Part shown: positions 39,352-52,599 of the stretch, piece by piece
How positions within the stretch are numbered: the stretch's first letter is position 1
Layout: each line of letters opens with the position of its first letter
Origin: Eledone cirrhosa
Taxonomy: Eukaryota
DNA: 64,000 nt
Reading direction: 5' to 3'
Assembly: GCA_964016885.1 (NCBI GenBank)
Contig: OZ024741.1
Span: forward strand, 78,678,001 to 78,742,000
Position numbers and translations under genes: made by a program
Notes under the pieces: model-generated
Seen by the model: the letters and a program-made list of their open reading frames with translations, nothing else
Databases searched by the model: none
What the model was told of the DNA's origin: nothing

Positions 39352-40655
39352 TTAACTGTATACTTTGTGAAAAGTTCTATGGAATTTATGCAGGCAGATG
39401 GAAAACAAATCCGAGCGTCTATTTATTATGGATTCTAGGTTAGAGATAATGGTAAATTTTTCATTTAGGCAGAGATTACAGATTTTAGATAGAGAACTGT
39501 TCAAGTACGAGGATGCAGAAGAAATCTTTTTCCAAAAGATGTTATATTTAATGTTTTTGTCTTTTAAGGACCATATGAGTTCTGAGAGAGCAGTGTTAGT
39601 TCTTTTAAGTTTGTATTTGAAAGATGAATGATGATTATAGAGACGAGCTTTAAAAGAGGTGGAAGTGGAGCCAAAATAGGTGAAGGAGTTGGTGCTAGTT
39701 ATAATTTTACATTCATAAATTAAGTTTTTATCGAGGCAATGGTTGTTGAGAGGACATTTATTTTTAATGCGGCAGTTGCAATTAGAGAGATTATTAATGA
39801 GTGATCTAGTGTTATCTATAGAAGGAATTGGATTGGAGAAGTTGTTTGCGATAGGAATAATAGGAATAATAGTTTCTTGATTTAGAGTTGGATTATGAAC
39901 ATTTAGCGAAGTTGTGTTTGACGTTGCATTTGGGTTTACAGAAGTTAGCCTAGGGTTTACAATGACGTCAGGAGTACTATTATTGTTATTATGAGATTCA
40001 ATATTGGAAGGAAGAGATTTAGTATTTAATATTTTGTTGTTGTGTTTAGAAATGATGTTGGAAATATTGGAGGATGTAGAATACGAAAATTTAATGGTGT
40101 GTTTGTTAAATATTTTACTATAGATATGTGAGGGAGGGAAGCATTTATTTAAGGCACTAAAAAATAATTTAGGAATATTGTTATTAATAGAGATGGAGAA
40201 AGGAGCATTATACCAGATTATGTTTTTGTATCTAGGTCTTTTATTAAAATTATTGGAATGGTTATGATTAAATATTCTACTGTAAGTTTTCCTAGAATTT
40301 GTTTCTTTATTATATTTGATTTTATCTGGATAGCCGGCTTTAGAAAGTGCGTTATTATAGTAATTGGCGTTAGCATCAAAGATGTTTTTATTAGAAGATA
40401 TGTTAGATATTCTATTTCCAATATTATTAACTATAGCATTCTTGATATTGGTAGGATGGTTAGATTTAAAGTTAACATAATTAAGATTCTCATTGTTTTT
40501 ATGGTAAGGGTAATATAGGCCAGTGTCAAGATTAAGAGATACATCCAAGAAATTAGCTAGTTTGGTACTATTATCAAATTCAATTTTTAGGTTATGTTGG
40601 TTAAAGAGATTACGTATATTGTTCTTAATAATATTAAGTTTAACTATATTGCAAT
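39352..40655 (-). CDS. Penelope-like (Naiad-type) ORF, 5'-truncated: RT C-terminus/thumb plus GIY-YIG endonuclease
   Basis: NFLDVSLNL..YPYHK.N..YVN..SNHP, WYNAPFS, CNCR..CPL..CL, LIY..YFGST..FKAR..H, CNLCLNEK..NRR..CLH. Confidence 0.9.
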
Positions 40656-40680
40656 TTATTAAGTTTAACTATATTGCAAT

Positions 40681-41675
40681 TTTCTAAAGCCGGCTATCCA
40701 GATAAAATCAAATATAATAAAGAAACAAATTCTAGGAAAACTTACAGTAGAATATTTAATCATAACCATTCCAATAATTTTAATAAAAGACCTAGATACA
40801 AAAACATAATCTGGTATAATGCTCCTTTCTCCATCTCTATTAATAACAATATTCCTAAATTATTTTTTAGTGCCTTAAATAAATGCTTCCCTCCCTCACA
40901 TATCTATAGTAAAATATTTAACAAACACACCATTAAATTTTCGTATTCTACATCCTCCAATATTTCCAACATCATTTCTAAACACAACAACAAAATATTA
41001 AATACTAAATCTCTTCCTTCCAATATTGAATCTCATAATAACAATAATAGTACTCCTGACGTCATTGTAAACCCTAGGCTAACTTCTGTAAACCCAAATG
41101 CAACGTCAAACACAACTTCGCTAAATGTTCATAATCCAACTCTAAATCAAGAAACTATTATTCCTATTATTCCTATCGCAAACAACTTCTCCAATCCAAT
41201 TCCTTCTATAGATAACACTAGATCACTCATTAATAATCTCTCTAATTGCAACTGCCGCATTAAAAATAAATGTCCTCTCAACAACCATTGCCTCGATAAA
41301 AACTTAATTTATGAATGTAAAATTATAACTAGCACCAACTCCTTCACCTATTTTGGCTCCACTTCCACCTCTTTTAAAGCTCGTCTCTATAATCATCATT
41401 CATCTTTCAAATACAAACTTAAAAGAACTAACACTGCTCTCTCAGAACTCATATGGTCCTTAAAAGACAAAAACATTAAATATAACATCTTTTGAAAAAA
41501 GATTTCTTCTGCATCCTCGTACTTGAACAGTTCTCTATCTAAAATCTGTAATCTCTGCCTAAATGAAAAATTTACCATTATCTCTAACCTAGAATCCATA
41601 ATAAATAGACGCTCGGATTTGTTTTCCATCTGCCTGCATAAATTCCATAGAACTTTTCACAAAGTATACAGTTAA
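40681..41675 (+). pseudogene. Right-arm copy of the same ORF with a TGG to TGA stop at 41493-41495
   Basis: Same peptide as the left arm up to YNIF*. Confidence 0.9.
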
Positions 41676-42906
41676 TATTCAATTCTTTATCAATTTAGAA
41701 TCTTTTCTCAAAGGCACATATACATACACCTCTTTAAAATATACCCATCTACCTTACTTTAAAGGGCATTATACACTCTATAGTACTCGTTTACTCATTT
41801 ACCTCATCCTATCTTCTCGTAAAACAATAACATTTGTTTTTGACATTTTGAATATTCATCCGCAATCATTATTATTTTTTTTCCCTCTATCATAAATCTT
41901 TTTAATCTCAATTTCATCCTTAATTTATTATTATATATTTTTTTTAATATATACTCATATATTCTTTAAAATATACCCATCTACCTTACTTTAAAGGGCA
42001 TTATACACTCTATAATACCCGTTTACTCATCACCCTCATTATATCTCCTCGTAAAACAATAACATTTGTTTTTGACATTTTGAGTATTCATCCGCAATCA
42101 TTATTATTTTTTCTCTCTATCATAAATCTTTTTAATCTCAATTTCATCCTTAATTTATTATTATTTTTTTCTCCCCATCAACGAACTCATTATTAATACA
42201 TATGAATTCAATATAAAAACTCTAACTTCACATTATTTTTCTCAAATCCTATACATAAACTTTTTCTCTTTGCTAATTTTAAAATTCCTACATTTCTCCT
42301 TTTGAATATTCACCCACAATTATTATTTTTTTTCTCTCTATCTCCATACATAATCTCCCTTCGTTATTTTTTTCTCTCTATCTCCATACATAATTTCCCT
42401 TCGTTAATTTTCAAATTCCTTTAATTTATACATTATCTTCCAACGGTTCCCAACCTCTCTATATTAAAACATTATATCTTTTTCTCAGTTATAAAAACTA
42501 TCTCTTTCTCTCTATCACCCATCTCTCCCTTTCCACCTTCACTCTCATCTCCTCCCCTTTTTTTCATCCTTTCCACCCCCACCCCTCCCTAAATATAATA
42601 TATTTTTTCCTCGCACATATCCTCCCTTCGTTAATTTTCAAAATTTTTAATTTATACAGTATCTTCCAACGGTTTTCAACCCCTCTATATAAAATATATC
42701 TCCTCTCTGTTATAAAAACTATCTCTTTCTCTCTATCACCCATCTCTCCCTCTCATCTCCTTCCCTTTTCATCCTTTTCTCTCCCCCCCTCTCTAAATAA
42801 AATATTTTTCCCAATATCACACATCAATCTAAAACCACTTTTCATATGTTGATTTAAAACTGCACTATCAACAAGTGTTTTTTTTAGCCTTCATATCATG
42901 TTCTCC

Positions 42907-42977
42907 TGTTTTATCTGATGAAAACACAAATATTATTGTTTGATGATGTTTGTTTTTGAAATGCGCATAATAAAATA
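42907..42977 (+). ncRNA. Type I hammerhead (F1)
   Basis: tgttttat-CTGATGA..GAAA-tgcgca-TA-ataaaata. Confidence 0.88.
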
Positions 42978-43101
42978 TATTGAACTCCTTTAACCATCTT
43001 TTGATCTTATATTATGCATACTCCAGTCCCACAAACTGTAGAGTGCTTCTTATCCGATATCTGCATTGCTTTATTGTACTACAATAAAACTCACCTCCTA
43101 C

Positions 43102-43164
<63 letters not shown>

Positions 43165-43171
43165 TATATAT

Positions 43172-44352
43172 ATCTTAGTCTTAGATTCTTCCGCGCCGTT
43201 CGGCGCATCCAGCAGTAAGTACTCGCCAACGGTCACGATCAGCGGCAACTTTTTCGAGACCGTGCCAGGTGATGTTGGCTGCCATCAGGTCCTTCCAGAA
43301 CGTTCGTCGCCAGGTGATCCTTGGGCAACCCCGCCTCCGTTTACCACCAGGCGGAGTCCAGTTCATCGTTGTTTTCGAATGCCGTTCATTTGGAGATGCA
43401 GAATATGGCCAGCCAGGCGGAACCGACGCTCCGTAACCACTCTCTGTAGCGTCCACGACTCGGCTCTCCGCAGGATCTCCTCGTTCCTCACTCGGTCGCG
43501 CCAGGACACACGAAGGATCTTTCGCAGGCACCGCTGGTGGAAAGCGTTCAGCCATCTCTCTATTTTTGCCGTACTCTTCCAGGTCTCGCTCGCATAAAGC
43601 ACTGTCGGCAGCACGATGCTCTTGTACAGGCGGAGCTTGGTCTAGGTGTTAATGCATGAAGACGACCAGACTGGGCACAGCCGCTGGAAAACTGCAGCTC
43701 CTTCGCTGATCTGACAGTTGATGTCGAGCTCCGCGTCGCCGTTGCTTGTCAGGATGCTGCTCTGATAGGTGAAGTGATCGACTTCCTCGAGATCCTGTTG
43801 GTTGACTCTGATCACTGGACCTGTGTTGCTGGCCGTTCTGATGATCTTGGTCTTTTTGGCGTTGATTCTCAGGCCGATCTTTTCCGCACTCTCTTGTAGG
43901 GATGTTGTTAGGGCCTGCAGATCTGCACTGTTTTCAGCAATCAAAGCGATGTCATTGGCGAATGCCAGGTCCCTCAGCCTCGACTGTCCTCTCCATGGGA
44001 TTCCTCGACCGGGTCCTTCATCCATTCGCCTTAGTACGAAATCGGCTGCCAGCAGGAACAACAGTGGAGAGAGAATGCAACCCTGTCTGACTCCGGAGAC
44101 AATGTCAAAGAACTCCATCACACCGGACTCAGTCCGCACGCAGCAGCTGGAGTTTGCATACAGGGCTTTGAAAATGGCAATGAATCTTGCAGGAATGCCG
44201 TACAGTTGCGCAACATTCCACAGCGACTCCCGGTGTACACTGTCGAATGCCTTCTGGAAATCAATAAAATTGACCGCCAAAGGCTGTTGTAGCTCAACGC
44301 ATTGTTTGAGAATGTTGCGTAGTATAAAGATCTGTTCCGTGCAAGATCGTTT
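43172..44352 (-). mobile_element. RTE-clade LINE, 5'-truncated RT fragment
   Basis: FIDFQKAFDSV, GVRQGCILSPLLF, LAFAND, LYASETW, GKRRRGCPRITW. Short (taagac) repeat tail. Confidence 0.9.
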
Positions 44353-44396
44353 TTTTAAAGTACAGAACAACTAAATCTATGTTTAATACATTTTAT

Positions 44397-44443
44397 TGCT
44401 GACAATCGTTTCTTCCAAACAGCCGTTTGGAATCATCGGAGCA
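44397..44443 (-). ncRNA. Type I hammerhead with U4C substitution
   Basis: tgct-CCGATGA-ttccaaac-ggct-gtttggaa-GAAA-cgattg-TC-agca, followed by AATAAA. Confidence 0.7.
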
Positions 44444-45463
44444 TTGGCAAAGTTTAAACACAATTAAATTCCTATTCTACAGAACAATCATAAAGATACG
44501 TTGATATTATTGTTGCTATCAATAGTGTCATATTCAAAGAGAGTGAAGATGTTGTGATCTGTAGCAATGGGTATAATAAAGATTATAAAAGAAGGTTATT
44601 CGCAAATGAGGACATTAGTGGTACATAGGCATATAGGCAGTAAGAATGCAGAGGTATTAAGCATATACAGAGTAATATGGTAAAGAAAGCAAAGGTATTA
44701 AGCATATACAGCATAATATGACAAAGATATCACAAAATATAGGTGTAATAGGATGAAGATATTAAGCAGTCAGGAATGCATGGGTAGAGTATAAGGTGAA
44801 AACTGTGAAGCAACTTGTGTAATATACATATACATACAGAGTTTCGTTGATGCATGCGTTGAGAGTGGATCAGATAAATATTTAAATAAACAATCTAAGC
44901 AGAAGTAAAGCTGTTGTGCAGTACAAAAAATGTTATATGGTATTAAGATATGTATATGTAGCGAGATAATTATATTTAAAACAGTTTCTATGTGAGTTTA
45001 TGGTGAATGTAATGGGATAAATGTTCTGGTAATGTTTAAATGTAGTTGTGTTGTGAGTATTAATATTCAGGTTTCTTTTTCCATTTCATTGGTTATATTT
45101 AAGAAATATTTTAAAGTAATATTTAAATAGATACAATTATGGATTATGTTGCCCTTATTATAATCCGATTAAGGGTTAGAGTTGTTCTATATATAGGAAA
45201 AGAGTCAGGACCTCGACGGCTGAGCTCCGGCCGTTTCATATGTATATGTATATATGTATATATGTATATATGTCTAGTGCTGGGGTCGATTCTAAGAAAT
45301 CTGCGGTACTCAGGCCTGGAGAGGGATGGGCTCCGCCAGGCTTAAATTGCCCAAGAAACGCCGTATGTCAATACGGCACCCATACGACTGCATCAGGAGT
45401 TCTAAAGACATTGTTTCCAATTCGATCCCACCCGTCCCCTTAATCTATTTTATTTCTCATTCT

Positions 45464-45500
45464 TTCTTCTGATGAAGGACTAGCGTCCGAAACGTTAAGA
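45464..45500 (+). ncRNA. Minimal type I hammerhead
   Basis: tctt-CTGATGA-a-ggac-tagc-gtcc-GAAA-cg-TT-aaga. Confidence 0.75.
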
Positions 45501-45810
45501 CCCCCTTCCTGCTATATCAAGCGTTAACCTAATATATACATTCCATATACTGTACCGATTGTGTTGTTATTTCTGTTTACCTTTTATATACATATATATA
45601 TATATATTTATATAGAAATGACTTCTCCAGGACTATAACAGTTTGATACGAAGGGAATAGCTCTAGTCCTGTAGAAAAGATTTGTCGATAAAATAAATAT
45701 GCCTCTCTATTGAGTACCTTCGGAAAACCATCTTTAGTTATACACACATATATATATATATAGGTATATATATGCCTGGAGATGTATATTGAACCGTATA
45801 CGCATATGAT

Positions 45811-45941
<131 letters not shown>

Positions 45942-46064
45942 CATACAGCCAGCATAAAGTTAGTTGGTAGTATTATGAAATGCTAGACGATATCGATTTA
46001 CTACTTTCATTACCGAATGCTTCCTTTCTATAATTACTTTCTTTCATTCTGTAAATACTTTCAT

Positions 46065-46112
46065 TTGCTTCAGCAGAGCACATTCTAAAATTGGAACGAT
46101 ACAGAAAGATTA
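46065..46112 (+). pseudogene. U6: 3'-truncated U6 snRNA retrocopy
   Basis: ttgcttcagcagagcacattctaaaattggaacgatacagaaagatta resembles the U6 5' end (CTAAAATTGGAACGATACAGAGAAGATTA). Confidence 0.8.
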
Positions 46113-46734
46113 CTGAATGCTTTCCTTCTATAAATATAAACCTATATACTGACGTGTTGATCGTTTATAGTTACCTTATAGCGATGTATGAATTTGAAAT
46201 TAAATTAGAAAATAATCAATACGGAGAATAAAATTAAACATATACAATATTTAATGTTGAAGATTAAATTAACAAGTAATCAATATGGGTAATATATATG
46301 AGAAGTCATGGAGTTAGATATCACTGGGAAATATTTGTTAAAATGTTGTCAAATGTATCACCAACAGTTCCATTAAAGATGTTGCCACAGGAATTCATCT
46401 AAATGGCCAGGAAGCATTGTTGAATGAATTACACACATAAAATTGAATTTTTTGTTTGTAATTCTTCCAAATACATTCGATATTGTTTACATGTGCTTCT
46501 GTTGACATGATTGTATGAAGGTGTAAGAAGAATCGATTGCATTTTATTGCAAGACGGTAGCGTCATTTTGTCACACTTCACACCTGTGTAACTTTTTTTC
46601 AGCCTCCTCAGAGGTTGCAGCTCAAAGGAGGTTTCATGCTCCAATTTCTCTGGTGTCAGGAAGCGGAATTTGAACAAAGAACACACAAAGCCGGAATATA
46701 TATCTAATCGATGCACTAACATATCGATGCACTA

Positions 46735-46868
46735 ACAATTCCATCAATCCTCTACGGATGAAAGGCAAAGTCGACTTCAGTGGGATTTGAACCCAAAGCG
46801 GAGAAAACATGAACAAATAGCGTAAGCAATTTAATCCGACGCTCAAACTAATCTGGCAGTTCACCACC
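46735..46868 (-). mobile_element. SINE, minus strand
   Basis: ggatgaaaggcaaagtcgacttcagtgggatttgaacc. Confidence 0.75.
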
Positions 46869-47542
46869 TATTAATTTAACTATGGAATTGATAGTCTCAC
46901 TTGGAGCAATATATTTTTCAATAAGTGCAATGTTACAGCTGTCTTATTCAATGCTGGTTGTTGGATCAATTCCACCAAATGTCAATCGTTTAGAGCTATA
47001 TAACCAACGTTGTACACTCTTCTGAGGACCAAAGTTTCATATATATTTATTATTGTATCAAGTCCAACTATCTAGAAAGAGTGTGAATCACTAAATTATG
47101 GCATTAAAATCACTGAAGAATAATATATTTAGAGACTCATAGATGAACCAACGAGGATTACTCTATGCGGTCACTCTACCTGCCAAATATCTGTTATATC
47201 ATACTTTATCGTCATTTCAAAGAGAGAGCAAAGATACATTTGGAAATATAAAGATACAGAGTTATTGTAATTGACTATATATATGTTTGGTAATGATTAA
47301 AGAAAATGTGGAAGAATGCCCTTTACTGATGTCGACTATGAAAATATCATTTTTGTCCGTTCCTTTGTCTTTAGATCGGATTGCCTCGGAAATATAAACT
47401 TATTCCACAAGATACTGTCTGATGATATCGTGTGAGTGGTTGCATGGTGGAACTATCACGTGCCACGATCGCCATTGAAATATGCATGGCAGCTTTGTTA
47501 ATAAAGGACTTCTAAACATCTACACCGAACTTCATATTTTCC

Positions 47543-50212
47543 TTATTCTATATACACTCCGTCACTGACTGACAGACGTTATTCTATATACACTCCGTCA
47601 CTGACTGACAGACGTTATTCTATATACACTCCGTCACTGACTGACAGACGTTATTCTATATACACTCCGTCACTGACTGACAAACGTTATTCTATATACA
47701 CTCCGTCACTGACTGACAAACGTTATTCTATATACACTCCGTCACTGACTGACAAACGTTATTCTATATACACTCCGTCACTGACTGACAGACGTTATTC
47801 TATATACACTCCGTCACTGACTGACATACGTTATTCTACATACACTCCGTCACTGACTGACAGGCGTTATTCTATATACACTCCGTCACTGACTGACAGA
47901 CGTTATTCTATATACACTCCGTCACTGACTGACAGATGTTATTCTATATACACTCCGTCACTGACTGACAAACGTTATTCTATATACACTCCGTCACTGA
48001 CTGACAAACGTTATTCTATATACACTCCGTCACTGACTGACAAACGTTATTCTATATACACTCCGTCACTGACTGACAGACGTTATTCTATATACACTCC
48101 GTCACTGACTGACAGATGTTCTTCTATATACACTCCGTCACTGACTGACAAACGTTATTCTATATACACTCCGTCACTGACTGACAGGCGTTATTCTATA
48201 TACACTCCGTCACTGACTGACAAAGGTTATTCTATATACACTCCGTCACTGACTGACAAACGTTATTCTATATACACTCCGTCACTGACTGACAGACGTT
48301 ATTCTATATACACTCCGTCACTGACTGACAGATGTTCTTCTATATACACTCCGTCACTGACTGACAGACGTTATTCTAAATACATTCCGTCACTGACTGA
48401 CAAACGTTATTCTATATACACTCCGTCACTGACTGACTGACAGACGTTATTCTATATACACTCCGTCACTGACTGACAAACGTTATTCTATATACACTCC
48501 GTCACTGACTGACAGATGTTATTCTATATACACTCCGTCACTGACTGACAAACGTTATTCTATATACACTCCGTCACTGACTGACAAACGTTATTCTATA
48601 TACACTCCGTCACTGACTGACAGACGTTATTCTATATACACTCCGTCACTGACTGACAGACGTTATTCTACATACACTCCGTCACTGACTGACAGGCGTT
48701 ATTCTATATACACTCCGTCACTGACTGACAGACGTTATTCTATATACACTCCGTCACTGACTGACAGATGTTATTCTATATACACTCCGTCACTGACTGA
48801 CAAACGTTATTCTATATACACTCCGTCACTGACTGACAGATGTTATTCTATATACACTCCGTCACTGACTGACAGACGTTATTCTATATACACTCCGTCA
48901 CTGACTGACAGACGTTATTCTATATACACTCCGTCACTGACTGACAGACGTTATTCTATATACACTCCGTCACTGACTGACAAACGTTATTCTATATACA
49001 CTCCGTCACTGACTGACTGACAGACGTTATTCTATATACACTCCGTCACTGACTGACAGACGTTATTCTATATACACTCCGTCACTGACTGACAGGCGTT
49101 ATTCTATATACACTCCGTCACTGACTGACAGACGTTATTCTATATACACTCCGTCTCTGACTGACAAACGTTATTCTATATACACTCCGTCACTGACTGA
49201 CAGACGTTATTCTATATACACTCCGTCACTGACTGACAGACGTTATTCTAAATACACTCCGTCACTGACTGACAGATGTTATTCTATATACACTCCGTCA
49301 CTGACTGACAGATGTTATTCTATATACACTCCGTCACTGACTGACAGACGTTATTCTATATACACTCCGTCACTGACTGACAGATGTTATTCTATATACA
49401 CTCCGTCACTGACTGACAAACGTTATTCTATATACACTCCGTCACTGACTGACAGGCGTTATTCTATATACACTCCGTCACTGACTGACAGACGTTATTC
49501 TATATACACTCCGTCACTGACTGACAGATGTTATTCTATATACACTCCGTCACTGACTGACAAACGTTATTCTATATACACTCCGTCACTGACTGACAGA
49601 CGTTATTCTATATACACTCCGTCACTGACTGACAGACGTTATTCTATATACACTCCGTCACTGACTGACAGATGTTATTCTATATACACTCCGTCACTGA
49701 CTGACAGATGTTATTCTATATACACTCCGTCACTGACTGACAGACGTTATTCTATATACACTCCGTCACTGACTGACAGATGTTATTCTATATACACTCC
49801 GTCACTGACTGACAAACGTTATTCTATATACACTCCGTCACTGACTGACAGGCGTTATTCTATATACACTCCGTCACTGACTGACAGACGTTATTCTATA
49901 TACACTCCGTCACTGACTGACAGATGTTATTCTATATACACTCCGTCACTGACTGACAAACGTTATTCTATATACACTCCGTCACTGACTGACAGATGTT
50001 ATTCTATATACACTCCGTCACTGACTGACAGACGTTATTCTATATACACTCCGTCACTGACTGACAGACGTTATTCTATATACACTCCGTCACTGACTGA
50101 CAGATGTTATTCTATATACACTCCGTCACTGACTGACAAACGTTATTCTATATACACTCCGTCACTGACTGACAAACGTTATTCTATATACACTCCGTCA
50201 CTGACTGACAAA
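47543..50212. repeat. 36-bp minisatellite, ~74 copies
   Basis: Unit ttattctatatacactccgtcactgactgaca(g/a)(a/g)(c/t)g. Two units carry an extra ctga. Confidence 0.97.
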
Positions 50213-50313
50213 TCATGATTTTGATTGCTTAAATCGAATTTTATCATTACTCGCTGATTGGTGTGTTGCATACGCAACTCCGATTAGTCAACATGTTTAC
50301 CGTAAGTATATGT

Positions 50314-50372
<59 letters not shown>

Positions 50373-51317
50373 CGGTGACTATAGTTCATCAATGTTATTC
50401 GGGCTTAGTATAGTTTTAAAAACTATCTAGTAAACGTAAAATTTAGAGTGTCACATTCAATAGAAGAATTTTAACATCTAAACTATAATCTAATGAAATC
50501 TCTGTATGTGTGTGCCACCATTTCTCCACAACTGTCTATTGTACGAATTCCAACTTTTTTTTTTTTCATCAGTAGTTTTTAAAAAGCTAAAGTGACTAAA
50601 ACGGGACTTGTGAGAGTGATGACTCGTCCTAGCTATTTTTAAACCTATCTTATATTTAATGGATACCAAAGACAATTTAAGTAAATGGTATTCGGCGGTT
50701 GATTTAGATATTTTGAATATATTGCATATCTTACACGAATTACAGTTTCTTTACATTTATTCTAAAAAACAAAAAAAAAAACAAAAAAAAACAAAAACTA
50801 CTGCGTTGATATAAGAGAGAATATCATAGATTGAGTTAGAAACTCGGCTAACTTTATTCTCATAAAACCGACTGTTATTTTTAGCGGCATGGGTATGAGA
50901 CGCGCTAGGCGCTGCAACATGTACTTTTATATCAACACATAGTTCAGTCTTCTTAGATCTTTTGAAGTGAAAGGTACGAATTTCCTGGATATCCGCAGAA
51001 GATAACAGGAATGGTGGCTTTCACTTAATAATTCTTGCGAAACAGATTTTAGATCTGTCCGGGTATCGAAGGCAGTTGCCCAATATAGGTTTGTTATTTT
51101 TATTGATTTATTACTTTAAATCGAGACAGGCAAACCATATTGTTTTAAATTAGTATTTTTTCAACCTAGCTAACTTGGTCAATTGCAATTGGAACACACG
51201 TATACTTGTATCTGTGTTCATCTCTCTCATATATTCAATTGTATTACACGGCTCGGAAAGATTCCCTTCTTTGAGCTATTTAATTGTAAAAGACTATTTT
51301 GAGTTTATAACTCAATC

Positions 51318-51393
<76 letters not shown>

Positions 51394-51399
<6 letters not shown>

Positions 51400-51545
51400 G
51401 TGAGGTTTTTTTTACAAAATGAAAAATAACCGAGGTGTCCTACACGAGTGAAAGTATAAAGAAAAAAAGATGAAATCGAAAATGCAACTGGAGTCTTATT
51501 TTTAAAAATAAGACTCCAGTTGCATTTTCGATTTCATCTTTTTAT
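51394..51545. mobile_element. (TA)n-flanked short insert ending in a perfect ~80-bp palindrome
   Basis: aaaaagatgaaatcgaaaatgcaactggagtcttattttt|aaaaataagactccagttgcattttcgatttcatcttttt. Confidence 0.65.
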
Positions 51546-52170
51546 ATATATATATATTCTCCTAGATTTAATAATTAACTAATTAATTTAATTAGACAAT
51601 TCTGTTGATTGGTTAATTATTTGAGTTTGTTTTATAACATCTGGTCGAGAGCTTATTCTGATGATTAGCGGAAATTAAAATATTTCCTTTGTCTAACATT
51701 TTGAATGACCCGCCAAAAACCGGGGGTTATTTCCCTCCCTTGCTCGAATTAACACGTGACAGCTATAGATACGATACGCTGCAACATAGCGGCAACATTT
51801 AGCCTATCACCCCGTCCTTGGTAGAACGAAAACATGTTGAAGAACTGAATCCTCTGTTCGATCATGAATACCACGAGCTTGCTAGTCATGTAAGTCTAAT
51901 ATTTGATTTTGGATTCAAAGAAACACTTTAAACGTATAATCGTTTGATTTGTCCAGGTGTATTTTTCTCAACCTGTTAGTTCTATCGTTACTTTGGTATA
52001 TTATTGTGTGTTAGATTTTGCCTACCACAATGTTCGATTTGTCAAGCTATTTAAACGTATGTTATTACTCTAAGGACCTACCTTATCGAGTGCTTTGCTA
52101 ACTCATCATTTCATATAAGTAGGCCGAATTTGCTTGCAAACCGCCAGAGATTCGATTTTACTAAATATCC

Positions 52171-52205
<35 letters not shown>

Positions 52206-52599
52206 AATCGACTGCTGTTTCTAGTTGTCGAATACCTATTCACGCCACTGAGACGAAGCTACTATGATGTGTAAACACAACACGTGGTAGTAGCCAGTTG
52301 CAGATTTGAACTCGTAGTGTAAACATGGATTGCTATAAATTTTTCTTCCTTGTTGAAAATCCAAAAATATCCACTTCCGTGATTTACCATCTGATTAATT
52401 GGTGAAATATATTTCTTTAATGGAACATATACAGGGAAGATTAATCATATTAAAAGGTAACTATTTTTGAAGTTCTAGTCAACTTTATTTTGTTATCTAC
52501 CTGGCTATGTGTGGTTACACGCTTGTAAAAATTATCTCCTGTGATTATTCATGTTTATATATATGTTAATCAATTTCTAGTTATTATATATATATATAT

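Larger units (their letters stand above)
38012..43101. mobile_element. Naiad-type Penelope (F1) as a 2.3-kb-arm inverted repeat in (TA)n
   Basis: 38012-40346 is the reverse complement of 40681-43015 with no net indel. 334-bp spacer; the tail 43016-43101 is only on the right. Confidence 0.95.

Noticed and set aside
41493-41495. Selenocysteine UGA as in some Naiad elements
   Set aside because: It replaces a Trp that is TGG in the twin arm and in the 32-kb copy, not a Cys, so it is a simple nonsense change.
47543-50212. CRISPR array (36-bp repeats)
   Set aside because: The units are contiguous with no unique spacers, there are no cas genes, and the context is eukaryotic.
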